Source of the DNA: a virus
UHGV virus genome: UHGV-1601287
DNA: 16,596 nucleotides
Strand: one strand, 5' to 3'
The translations under genes and the position numbers were made by a program. Of the stretch, positions 1-11,579 are shown piece after piece. The notes below the pieces were generated by a model that worked only from the letters and a program-made list of their open reading frames with translations, had not been told where the DNA came from and made no database searches. How positions within the stretch are numbered: the first letter of the stretch is position 1; each line of letters begins with the position of its first letter.

Positions 1-1
1 G

Positions 2-2857
<2,856 letters not shown>

Positions 2858-2885
2858 TATTAAAGCATATTAAAGAGGATTAAAA

Positions 2886-4865
2886 ATGACTTTATTATCT
2901 CCGGGCATTGAGCTCAAAGAAACTACGGTTCAAAGCACCGTGGTTAATAACTCTACTGGTACAGCAGCTTTGGCCGGTAAATTCCAGTGGGGTCCTGCTT
3001 TTCAGATTAAACAGGTTACAAATGAAGTAGATTTAGTTAATACTTTTGGTCAACCAACCGCTGAAACTGCTGACTATTTTATGTCTGCGATGAATTTCTT
3101 GCAGTACGGAAATGACTTACGAGTAGTTCGTGCTGTTGATAGAGATACCGCTAAAAACTCATCGCCAATTGCTGGTAATATTGAATACACAATTTCTACC
3201 CCAGGTAGTAACTATGCAGTTGGAGATAAAATCACGGTCAAATATGTTTCAGATGATATTGAAACTGAAGGTAAAATTACTGAAGTAGACGCAGATGGAA
3301 AAATTAAGAAAATTAATATTCCTACTGCAAAAATTATCGCTAAAGCGAAAGAAGTCGGTGAATATCCGGAATTAGGTTCTAACTGGACTGCAGAAATTTC
3401 TTCGTCTTCCTCTGGTTTAGCCGCAGTAATAACTCTTGGAAAAATTATTACTGATTCTGGTATTTTATTAGCTGAAATTGAAAATGCCGAAGCTGCTATG
3501 ACAGCGGTTGACTTTCAAGCAAATCTCGAAAAATACGGAATTCCAGGAGTAGTAGCTCTTTATCCAGGCGAATTAGGCGATAAAATTGAAATTGAAATCG
3601 TATCTAAAGCTGACTATGCAAAAGGAGCTTCTGCATTACTCCCAATTTATCCAGGTGGTGGTACTCGTGCATCTACTGCTAAAGCAGTGTTTGGATATGG
3701 ACCACAAACTGATTCACAGTACGCTATTATAGTTCGTCGTAATGATGCTATTGTTCAAAGTGTTGTTCTTTCAACTAAGCGTGGTGAAAAAGATATTTAC
3801 GATAGTAACATCTATATCGATGACTTTTTCGCAAAAGGTGGTTCAGAATATATTTTTGCAACTGCACAAAACTGGCCAGAAGGCTTCTCTGGAATTTTAA
3901 CTCTTTCTGGTGGATTATCATCAAATGCTGAAGTAACAGCAGGAGATTTGATGGAAGCTTGGGACTTCTTTGCTGACCGTGAATCTGTAGATGTTCAACT
4001 GTTTATTGCGGGTTCTTGTGCCGGTGAATCTTTAGAAACAGCATCTACTGTCCAAAAACATGTTGTTTCAATTGGGGATGCTCGTCAAGATTGCTTAGTA
4101 TTGTGCTCACCACCACGTGAAACTGTAGTTGGAATTCCTGTAACTCGTGCAGTAGATAATTTAGTTAACTGGAGAACTGCGGCAGGTTCATACACTGATA
4201 ATAACTTTAATATCAGTTCAACCTATGCAGCAATCGATGGCAACTACAAATATCAGTATGACAAATATAATGATGTGAATCGTTGGGTTCCATTAGCAGC
4301 TGATATTGCTGGTTTATGCGCAAGAACTGATAACGTATCTCAGACTTGGATGTCTCCAGCTGGTTATAATCGTGGCCAGATTCTTAACGTTATTAAACTT
4401 GCTATTGAAACTCGCCAGGCTCAGCGTGACCGTTTATACCAAGAAGCTATCAACCCGGTAACTGGTACAGGTGGTGATGGTTACGTATTGTATGGTGATA
4501 AAACAGCTACTTCTGTTCCTTCTCCGTTTGATCGTATTAACGTTCGTCGTCTGTTTAATATGTTGAAAACGAATATCGGACGTAGTTCAAAATATCGTTT
4601 GTTCGAATTAAACAACGCGTTTACTCGTTCATCGTTCCGCACAGAAACTTCCCAGTACTTACAGGGAATTAAAGCTCTCGGTGGAATTTATGAATATCGT
4701 GTAGTTTGCGATACAACAAATAACACTCCGTCAGTAATTGATAGAAATGAGTTTGTTGCAACATTCTACATCCAACCGGCTCGTAGTATAAATTATATCC
4801 AACTTAATTTCGTCGCAACTGCTACTGGTGCAGATTTTGATGAGTTAACTGGTCTTGCAGGTTAA
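2886..4865 (+). CDS. 18: Contractile tail sheath protein gp18
   Basis: 659 aa, the T4 gp18 length. N-terminus MTLLSPGIELKETTVQSTVVNNSTGTAALAGKFQWGP is recognisable as T4 tail sheath. AAGAGGA Shine-Dalgarno at 2872-2878. TATAAATA late promoter at 2850-2857. Confidence 0.96.
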   Translation: MTLLSPGIELKETTVQSTVVNNSTGTAALAGKFQWGPAFQIKQVTNEVDLVNTFGQPTAETADYFMSAMNFLQYGNDLRVVRAVDRDTAKNSSPIAGNIEYTISTPGSNYAVGDKITVKYVSDDIETEGKITEVDADGKIKKINIPTAKIIAKAKEVGEYPELGSNWTAEISSSSSGLAAVITLGKIITDSGILLAEIENAEAAMTAVDFQANLEKYGIPGVVALYPGELGDKIEIEIVSKADYAKGASALLPIYPGGGTRASTAKAVFGYGPQTDSQYAIIVRRNDAIVQSVVLSTKRGEKDIYDSNIYIDDFFAKGGSEYIFATAQNWPEGFSGILTLSGGLSSNAEVTAGDLMEAWDFFADRESVDVQLFIAGSCAGESLETASTVQKHVVSIGDARQDCLVLCSPPRETVVGIPVTRAVDNLVNWRTAAGSYTDNNFNISSTYAAIDGNYKYQYDKYNDVNRWVPLAADIAGLCARTDNVSQTWMSPAGYNRGQILNVIKLAIETRQAQRDRLYQEAINPVTGTGGDGYVLYGDKTATSVPSPFDRINVRRLFNMLKTNIGRSSKYRLFELNNAFTRSSFRTETSQYLQGIKALGGIYEYRVVCDTTNNTPSVIDRNEFVATFYIQPARSINYIQLNFVATATGADFDELTGLAG

Positions 4866-4872
4866 TTGATAA

Positions 4873-4888
4873 GGGGGCTTCGGCCCCT
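4873..4888 (+). terminator. GC-rich hairpin with UUCG tetraloop after gene 18
   Basis: GGGGGC-TTCG-GCCCCT: 5 bp G:C stem plus a wobble pair, starting 8 nt after the gene 18 stop. No strong U-tract follows, so it may be an RNA-stability or processing element rather than a full terminator. Confidence 0.5.
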
Positions 4889-4904
4889 ATTCTCGAGGAA
4901 TCAA

Positions 4905-5510
4905 GTGATTATTTCTAAGTTTGTTACAATAAAACCAAGAAATCATTCAAAAATGTGGTCGACAATTCTGGGATATAAAGTATCATATCATGATACAGTA
5001 TCTGTTCCAATAGAATTAATGCCAAAGAATAGTAATAAAATAGTTGACGCTAAATGTGATTTGTGTGGTATTAAATTTAGTAGAAGCATTCAGCTTTTAA
5101 ATAGAACACCCACGCATGCATGTAGAAAATGTAGCATTAAACAAGTTGCTATTAAAAATTCGGAAGTTCAATCTGGAATAAGTAGACCATGGCAAAGAGG
5201 TGATAAACATCCTCGATGGACTGGTAAAAGAAAAGAGTTTGCATTATATGCTAGTAGAGTTCATTCTATAACTAAGTCAGCTAAAATAAGAAAAATTTGG
5301 TCAAAATGGCCAAATGCTGATAAAATAGGAGTGTGTGGTACAAAAGGTGCTTACCAACTTGATCATAAGGTATCTATCAAATATGGATTTGATAATTTAA
5401 TTCCGCCGGAAATTATAGCAAGCGTAAAAAATTTAGAAATAATCACTTGGGAATCTAACCGAGAAAAGTCAAAAAGAAATAGCGTAGATCTTTGGGATTT
5501 ACTAGAATGA
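4905..5510 (+). CDS. HNH-family endonuclease (putative free-standing homing endonuclease) with an N-terminal Cys4 zinc-finger-like motif
   Basis: ORF in the 18-19 interval ending TGA 5508-5510. C-terminal HNH-like motif QLDHKVSIKYGFDN…NLEIITWESNREKSKRN. Upstream CxxC…CxxC (CDLCG…CRKC). Start is ambiguous: the track's TTG at 4866 lies inside a hairpin and is unlikely; GTG at 4905 has GAGG (4895-4898) at good spacing; ATG at 4953 has a weak ribosome-binding site. AT-rich with AGA/ATA codons, unlike the neighbouring structural genes. Confidence 0.6.
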   Translation: MIISKFVTIKPRNHSKMWSTILGYKVSYHDTVSVPIELMPKNSNKIVDAKCDLCGIKFSRSIQLLNRTPTHACRKCSIKQVAIKNSEVQSGISRPWQRGDKHPRWTGKRKEFALYASRVHSITKSAKIRKIWSKWPNADKIGVCGTKGAYQLDHKVSIKYGFDNLIPPEIIASVKNLEIITWESNREKSKRNSVDLWDLLE

Positions 5511-5517
5511 TTCTAAA

Positions 5518-5535
5518 GGCCTGTTTCGGCAGGCC
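5518..5535 (+). terminator. Hairpin after the HNH ORF
   Basis: GGCCTG-TTTCGG-CAGGCC: 6 bp stem, extendable to 7 bp with a UUCG loop, 8 nt after the HNH stop codon. Confidence 0.5.
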
Positions 5536-5536
5536 A

Positions 5537-5544
5537 TATAAATA
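5537..5544 (+). promoter_or_regulatory. T4 late promoter (TATAAATA), distal copy upstream of gene 19
   Basis: Exact TATAAATA immediately 3' of the hairpin that follows the HNH ORF. Confidence 0.6.
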
Positions 5545-5595
5545 CACTATATCCTTAATTCTTTAATTCTATATGCCCTAGGTTAAACATAGGGA

Positions 5596-5603
5596 TATAA
5601 ATA
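5596..5603 (+). promoter_or_regulatory. T4 late promoter (TATAAATA), proximal, for gene 19
   Basis: Exact TATAAATA 15 nt upstream of the gene 19 ATG, with AGAGG Shine-Dalgarno in between. Confidence 0.75.
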
Positions 5604-5617
5604 CTACAGAGGCTAAT

Positions 5618-6109
5618 ATGTTTGTAGATGATGTAACACGAGCGTTTGAATCTGGTGATTTTGCTCGACCTAACTTATTCCAAGTAGAAATTTCTTATCT
5701 TGGACAAAATTTTACGTTCCAATGTAAAGCCACTGCTTTACCAGCTGGTATTGTAGAAAAAATTCCAGTCGGATTTATGAACCGTAAAATTAACGTAGCA
5801 GGCGATCGTACATTCGATGACTGGACTGTTACAGTAATGAACGATGAAGCTCATGATGCTCGCCAGAAGTTTGTTGATTGGCAAAGCATTGCTGCAGGAC
5901 AAGGAAACGAAATTACTGGTGGAAAACCTGCAGAGTATAAAAAGAGCGCTATCGTTCGTCAATATGCTCGTGACGCTAAAACAGTAACAAAAGAAATTGA
6001 AATTAAAGGTCTGTGGCCTACTAACGTGGGTGAACTTCAATTAGATTGGGATTCAAACAATGAAATCCAAACCTTTGAAGTAACTCTTGCTCTCGATTAT
6101 TGGGAATAA
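5618..6109 (+). CDS. 19: Tail tube protein gp19
   Basis: 163 aa, the T4 gp19 length. TATAAATA at 5596-5603 and AGAGG Shine-Dalgarno just upstream. Position after gene 18 as in T4. Confidence 0.95.
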   Translation: MFVDDVTRAFESGDFARPNLFQVEISYLGQNFTFQCKATALPAGIVEKIPVGFMNRKINVAGDRTFDDWTVTVMNDEAHDARQKFVDWQSIAAGQGNEITGGKPAEYKKSAIVRQYARDAKTVTKEIEIKGLWPTNVGELQLDWDSNNEIQTFEVTLALDYWE

Positions 6110-6114
6110 AATGA

Positions 6115-6132
6115 ATGGGGAGAAATCCCCAT
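6115..6132 (+). terminator. Hairpin with GAAA tetraloop after gene 19
   Basis: ATGGGGA-GAAA-TCCCCAT: 7 bp stem, 6 nt after the gene 19 stop. Confidence 0.5.
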
Positions 6133-6141
6133 CCTGCTTAA

Positions 6142-7766
<1,625 letters not shown>

Positions 7767-7767
<1 letters not shown>

Positions 7768-8009
7768 TGGAAGGTTTAATTGAAGCTATTAAATCAAACG
7801 ACCTCGTAGCCGCTCGTAAATTATTTGCTGAAGCCATGGCTGCAAGAACGACTGATTTAATTAAAGAAGAAAAAATCGCTATCGCTCGTAATTTCTTAAT
7901 CGAAGGTGAAGAACCTGATGACGAGGATGATGACGAAGACGAAGATAGTGATGATAAAGACGACAAAAAAGACAAAGACTCTGATGAAGATGACGAGGAT
8001 GATGAATAA
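7767..8009 (+). CDS. 67: Prohead core protein gp67 with acidic C-terminal tail
   Basis: 80 aa, as in T4. Start is ATG in a TAATG overlap with the gene 20 stop. C-terminal ~34 residues are almost entirely D/E/K. Confidence 0.88.
7905..8006 (+). repeat. Purine-rich GAT/GAA/GAC simple-sequence tract encoding the acidic tail of gp67
   Basis: Run of GAx codons translating to [32 protein letters not shown]. The reverse strand gives a spurious poly-Ser ORF. Confidence 0.8.
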
Positions 8010-8434
8010 TGCTTCTGATCCCTGAAACTCATGAATTAGTTCTCGAGAATGTCGAAGCACTTATTCCTGAAGCACAGGGTCGCTTTGACGAATTGTCTTC
8101 TGCTTTAAATAAAGACGATATAAATACAATTGTCGAGAATATGCTTGATGATGAAACTGATTTAGCGGTTGCATTAGCTTCTATTAATGAAAATATGCCG
8201 TTAAATGAATTTATCGTTAAACACGTTTCTGCCCGTGGTGAAATTACTCGCACTAAAGATCGCAAAACCCGCGAACGTAATGCATTTCAAACTACCGGGT
8301 TGTCTAAAGCAAAACGTAGACAAATTGCTCGTAAAGCTACCAAAACGAAGATTGCCAATCCAGCAGGTCAATCTCGTGCTCAGCGTAAGCGTAAAAAAGC
8401 TCTTAAACGCCGTAAAGCATTAGGATTAAGCTAA
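8009..8434 (+). CDS. 68: Prohead core protein gp68
   Basis: 141 aa, as in T4. TAATG overlap with the gene 67 stop. Basic K/R-rich C-terminus. Confidence 0.88.
8119..8126 (+). promoter_or_regulatory. Candidate intragenic late promoter (TATAAATA) inside gene 68
   Basis: Exact TATAAATA within the gene 68 coding sequence, ~310 nt upstream of gene 21. Could be a real late promoter or a chance octamer in AT-rich DNA. Confidence 0.35.
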
Positions 8435-9072
8435 TGAATGAACCCCAATTACTAATTGAAACTTGGGGTCAACCTGGCGAAATTATTGATGGCGTACCAA
8501 TGCTTGAATCTCATGATGGAAAAGACTTAGGTTTAAAACCGGGTTTATACATCGAAGGAATATTCATGCAAGCGGAAGTCGTCAATAGAAATAAACGTCT
8601 TTATCCAAAACGTATATTAGAAAAAGCGGTAAAAGACTATATTAATGAGCAAGTTTTAACTAAACAAGCTCTCGGAGAATTAAATCATCCTCCACGCGCT
8701 AATGTTGACCCGATGCAAGCCGCTATCATTATAGAAGATATGTGGTGGAAAGGAAATGACGTATACGGACGAGCTCGTGTTATTGAAGGTGACCATGGTC
8801 CTGGAGATAAATTAGCAGCTAATATTCGTGCCGGATGGATTCCAGGAGTTTCTTCTCGTGGATTAGGTTCATTGACTGACACAAATAAAGGTTATCGTAT
8901 CGTAAACGAAGGATTCAAATTAACTGTAGGTGTTGATGCAGTATGGGGTCCAAGTGCTCCAGATGCATGGGTAACTCCTAAGGAAATTACCGAATCACAG
9001 ACGGCGGAAGCCGATACAAGTGCCGATGACGCCTATATGGCTCTCGCAGAGGCCATGAAAAAAGCGTTATAA
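8434..9072 (+). CDS. 21: Prohead core protein and maturation protease gp21
   Basis: 212 aa, as in T4. TAATG overlap with the gene 68 stop. Position immediately upstream of scaffold gene 22. Confidence 0.93.
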   Translation: MNEPQLLIETWGQPGEIIDGVPMLESHDGKDLGLKPGLYIEGIFMQAEVVNRNKRLYPKRILEKAVKDYINEQVLTKQALGELNHPPRANVDPMQAAIIIEDMWWKGNDVYGRARVIEGDHGPGDKLAANIRAGWIPGVSSRGLGSLTDTNKGYRIVNEGFKLTVGVDAVWGPSAPDAWVTPKEITESQTAEADTSADDAYMALAEAMKKAL

Positions 9073-9075
9073 ATA
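9068..9075 (+). promoter_or_regulatory. T4 late promoter (TATAAATA) for gene 22
   Basis: Exact TATAAATA overlapping the gene 21 stop codon, 28 nt upstream of the gene 22 ATG. Confidence 0.75.
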
Positions 9076-9102
9076 TCATTATCTAAACAACAGGACTACA
9101 AA

Positions 9103-9912
9103 ATGCTTAAAGAACAACTGATTGCCGAAGCGCAGAAAATTGATGCTTCCGTTGCTCTTGATAGTATTTTCGAATCAGTTAATATTTCTCCGGAAGCAAA
9201 AGAAACTTTCGGCACTGTATTCGAAGCTACCGTCAAGCAGCACGCCGTTAAATTAGCTGAATCTCATATCGCTAAAATTGCTGAAAAAGCAGAAGAAGAA
9301 GTAGAAAAAAATAAAGAAGAAGCAGAAGAAAAAGCTGAGAAGAAAATCGCTGAGCAAGCTTCTAAATTCCTTGACCATCTTGCAAAAGAATGGCTCACTG
9401 AAAATAAATTAGCAGTAGATAAAGGTATCAAAGCCGAACTGTTTGAATCCATGCTTGGTGGATTGAAAGAGCTCTTCGTTGAACACAACGTTGTTGTTCC
9501 AGAAGAATCAGTTGATGTTGTAGCTGAAATGGAAGAAGAGCTGCAAGAACATAAAGAAGAATCAGCTCGTCTGTTCGAAGAACTCAATAAGCGTGACGCA
9601 TATATCAATTATGTGCAGCGTGAAGTGGCATTGAGCGAAAGTACTAAAGATCTGACTGAGTCTCAAAAAGAAAAAGTCTCTGCTCTGGTCGAAGGTATGG
9701 ATTATTCAGATGCATTCTCAAGTAAATTGAGTGCAATCGTAGAAATGGTGAAGAAATCTAATAAAGATGAAAGCACTATTACTGAGAGTATAAATACTCC
9801 TGATACTGAAGCAGCCGGACTGAATTTCGTCACTGAAGCTGTAGAAGATAAAGCTGCACAGGGTGCAGAAGATATTGTAAGTGTATATGCGAAAGTCGCA
9901 TCTCGTTTCTAA
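9103..9912 (+). CDS. 22: Major prohead scaffolding core protein gp22
   Basis: 269 aa, as in T4. Highly charged, E/K-rich, coiled-coil-like sequence. Late promoter TATAAATA at 9068-9075. Confidence 0.93.
   Translation: MLKEQLIAEAQKIDASVALDSIFESVNISPEAKETFGTVFEATVKQHAVKLAESHIAKIAEKAEEEVEKNKEEAEEKAEKKIAEQASKFLDHLAKEWLTENKLAVDKGIKAELFESMLGGLKELFVEHNVVVPEESVDVVAEMEEELQEHKEESARLFEELNKRDAYINYVQREVALSESTKDLTESQKEKVSALVEGMDYSDAFSSKLSAIVEMVKKSNKDESTITESINTPDTEAAGLNFVTEAVEDKAAQGAEDIVSVYAKVASRF
9789..9796 (+). promoter_or_regulatory. T4 late promoter (TATAAATA) for gene 23, located inside the 3' end of gene 22
   Basis: Exact TATAAATA ~135 nt upstream of the gene 23 ATG. No TATAAATA occurs in the short 22-23 intergenic spacer. 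Confidence 0.6.
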
Positions 9913-9930
9913 TTTTAAAGGTTAACACAA

Positions 9931-11496
9931 ATGACTATCAAAACTAAAGCTGAACTTTTGAACAAATGGAAGCCATTACTGGAAGGTGAAGGTTTACCGG
10001 AAATTGCTAATAGCAAACAAGCGATTATCGCTAAAATCTTTGAAAACCAGGAAAAAGATTTCCAGACAGCTCCGGAATATAAAGACGAAAAAATTGCTCA
10101 GGCATTTGGTTCTTTCTTAACAGAAGCTGAAATCGGCGGTGACCATGGTTACAATGCTACTAACATCGCTGCAGGTCAGACTTCTGGCGCAGTAACTCAG
10201 ATTGGCCCAGCTGTTATGGGTATGGTACGTCGTGCTATTCCTAACCTGATTGCTTTCGATATTTGTGGTGTTCAGCCGATGAACAGCCCGACTGGCCAGG
10301 TATTCGCACTGCGCGCAGTATATGGTAAAGATCCGATCGCTGCCGGTGCTAAAGAAGCATTCCACCCAATGTATGGTCCAGATGCAGTGTTCTCTGGTCA
10401 GGGTGCTGCTAAGAAATTCCCAGCTCTGGCTGCTAGCACAGAAACCACAGTAGGTGATATCTATACTCACTTCTTCCAGGACACTGGTACTGTGTATCTG
10501 CAAGCTTCTGCTCAAGTAACAATTAGTGCAAGCGCAACTGATGCAGATAAATTAGATGCTGAAATTAAGAAACAAATGGAAGCTGGTGCACTGGTAGAAA
10601 TCGCTGAAGGTATGGCTACTTCTATCGCTGAACTCCAGGAAGGTTTCAATGGTTCTACCGATAACCCATGGAATGAAATGGGCTTCCGTATCGATAAACA
10701 AGTTATCGAAGCTAAATCTCGTCAGCTGAAAGCTGCTTACTCTATCGAATTAGCACAGGACCTCCGCGCTGTTCACGGTATGGATGCTGATGCTGAACTG
10801 TCTGGCATTCTGGCTACAGAAATTATGCTGGAAATCAACCGTGAAGTTGTTGATTGGATTAACTACTCAGCTCAGGTTGGTAAATCTGGTATGACCCTGA
10901 CTCCGGGTTCTAAAGCTGGTGTATTTGACTTCCAGGACCCAATCGATATTCGTGGTGCTCGCTGGGCAGGTGAATCCTTTAAAGCTCTGTTGTTCCAGAT
11001 TGACAAAGAAGCAGTTGAAATTGCTCGTCAGACCGGTCGTGGTGAAGGTAACTTCATTATCGCTTCCCGTAACGTAGTTAACGTTCTGGCTTCAGTTGAT
11101 ACCGGCATTTCTTATGCTGCACAGGGTCTGGCTACCGGCTTCAACACTGATACTACCAAGTCAGTATTTGCTGGTGTTCTGGGTGGTAAATACCGTGTAT
11201 ATATCGACCAGTATGCTAAACAGGATTATTTCACTGTAGGTTATAAAGGTCCGAACGAAATGGATGCTGGTATTTACTATGCTCCATATGTAGCTCTGAC
11301 TCCGCTGCGTGGTTCCGATCCGAAGAACTTCCAACCGGTAATGGGATTCAAAACTCGTTACGGTATCGGTATCAACCCATTTGCAGAATCCGCTGCTCAG
11401 GCTCCGGCTTCTCGCATCCAGAGCGGTATGCCTTCTATTCTGAATAGCCTCGGTAAAAACGCTTACTTTAGACGTGTATATGTTAAAGGTATCTAA
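9931..11496 (+). CDS. 23: Major capsid protein gp23 (precursor)
   Basis: 521 aa, as in T4. Recognisable gp23 sequence with the propeptide junction LTEAE/IGG around residue 65. Strong E. coli-optimal codon bias (CTG, GGT, CGT, CCG). Followed by a hairpin terminator. Confidence 0.97.
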   Translation: MTIKTKAELLNKWKPLLEGEGLPEIANSKQAIIAKIFENQEKDFQTAPEYKDEKIAQAFGSFLTEAEIGGDHGYNATNIAAGQTSGAVTQIGPAVMGMVRRAIPNLIAFDICGVQPMNSPTGQVFALRAVYGKDPIAAGAKEAFHPMYGPDAVFSGQGAAKKFPALAASTETTVGDIYTHFFQDTGTVYLQASAQVTISASATDADKLDAEIKKQMEAGALVEIAEGMATSIAELQEGFNGSTDNPWNEMGFRIDKQVIEAKSRQLKAAYSIELAQDLRAVHGMDADAELSGILATEIMLEINREVVDWINYSAQVGKSGMTLTPGSKAGVFDFQDPIDIRGARWAGESFKALLFQIDKEAVEIARQTGRGEGNFIIASRNVVNVLASVDTGISYAAQGLATGFNTDTTKSVFAGVLGGKYRVYIDQYAKQDYFTVGYKGPNEMDAGIYYAPYVALTPLRGSDPKNFQPVMGFKTRYGIGINPFAESAAQAPASRIQSGMPSILNSLGKNAYFRRVYVKGI

Positions 11497-11509
11497 TCTT
11501 TGACGATTT

Positions 11510-11529
11510 AAGGGACCTTCGGGTCCCTT
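11510..11529 (+). terminator. Intrinsic terminator after gene 23
   Basis: AAGGGACC-TTCG-GGTCCCTT: 8 bp stem with UUCG loop, followed by the T-rich TAGTTGTTTTTAT. Confidence 0.7.
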
Positions 11530-11544
11530 TAGTTGTTTTTATGG

Positions 11545-11552
11545 TATAAATA
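11545..11552 (+). promoter_or_regulatory. T4 late promoter (TATAAATA) for gene 24
   Basis: Exact TATAAATA 28 nt upstream of the gene 24 ATG, immediately after the gene 23 terminator hairpin. Confidence 0.75.
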
Positions 11553-11579
11553 AATCATATAAACCAAAAGGAAAGCGCA

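Noticed and set aside
4866-4904. TTG at 4866 as the start of the HNH ORF (as in the six-frame track)
   Set aside because: It begins one nucleotide after the gene 18 stop and runs straight through the GGGGC-UUCG-GCCCC hairpin with no ribosome-binding site. GTG 4905 (with GAGG at 4895-4898) or ATG 4953 are more plausible starts.
5738-6040. Minus-strand 100-aa ORF inside gene 19
   Set aside because: Embedded antisense to tail tube gene 19; AT-rich with no ribosome-binding site.
4873-6132. Hairpin-flanked HNH region as a terminase-associated packaging HNH nuclease
   Set aside because: T4-type phages package by a headful mechanism with gp16/gp17 and do not need a cos-cleaving HNH partner. Location between tail genes and the atypical composition fit a free-standing homing endonuclease better. 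Kept only as a minority alternative.
6135-6141. MotA-box-like TGCTTAA upstream of gene 20 as a middle promoter
   Set aside because: Single partial match overlapping a hairpin arm. Spacing to a -10 element is ambiguous, and gene 20 is already served by an exact late promoter.
8029-8265. Minus-strand 78-aa ORF inside gene 68
   Set aside because: Embedded antisense ORF with no independent support.
8205-8423. Plus-strand 72-aa ORF in an alternative frame of gene 68
   Set aside because: Overlaps the basic C-terminal coding region of gp68 in another frame; likely a frame artefact of the K/R-rich sequence.
8685-8882. Minus-strand 65-aa ORF inside gene 21
   Set aside because: Embedded antisense ORF with no independent support.
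9264-9608. Minus-strand 114-aa Ser-rich ORF
   Set aside because: Antisense to the charged, E/K-rich gp22 coding region, with no start context. Artefact of purine-rich coding DNA.
10117-10515. Minus-strand 132-aa ORF inside gene 23
   Set aside because: Fully embedded antisense to the major capsid gene, which has strong codon bias in the + frame. No independent support.
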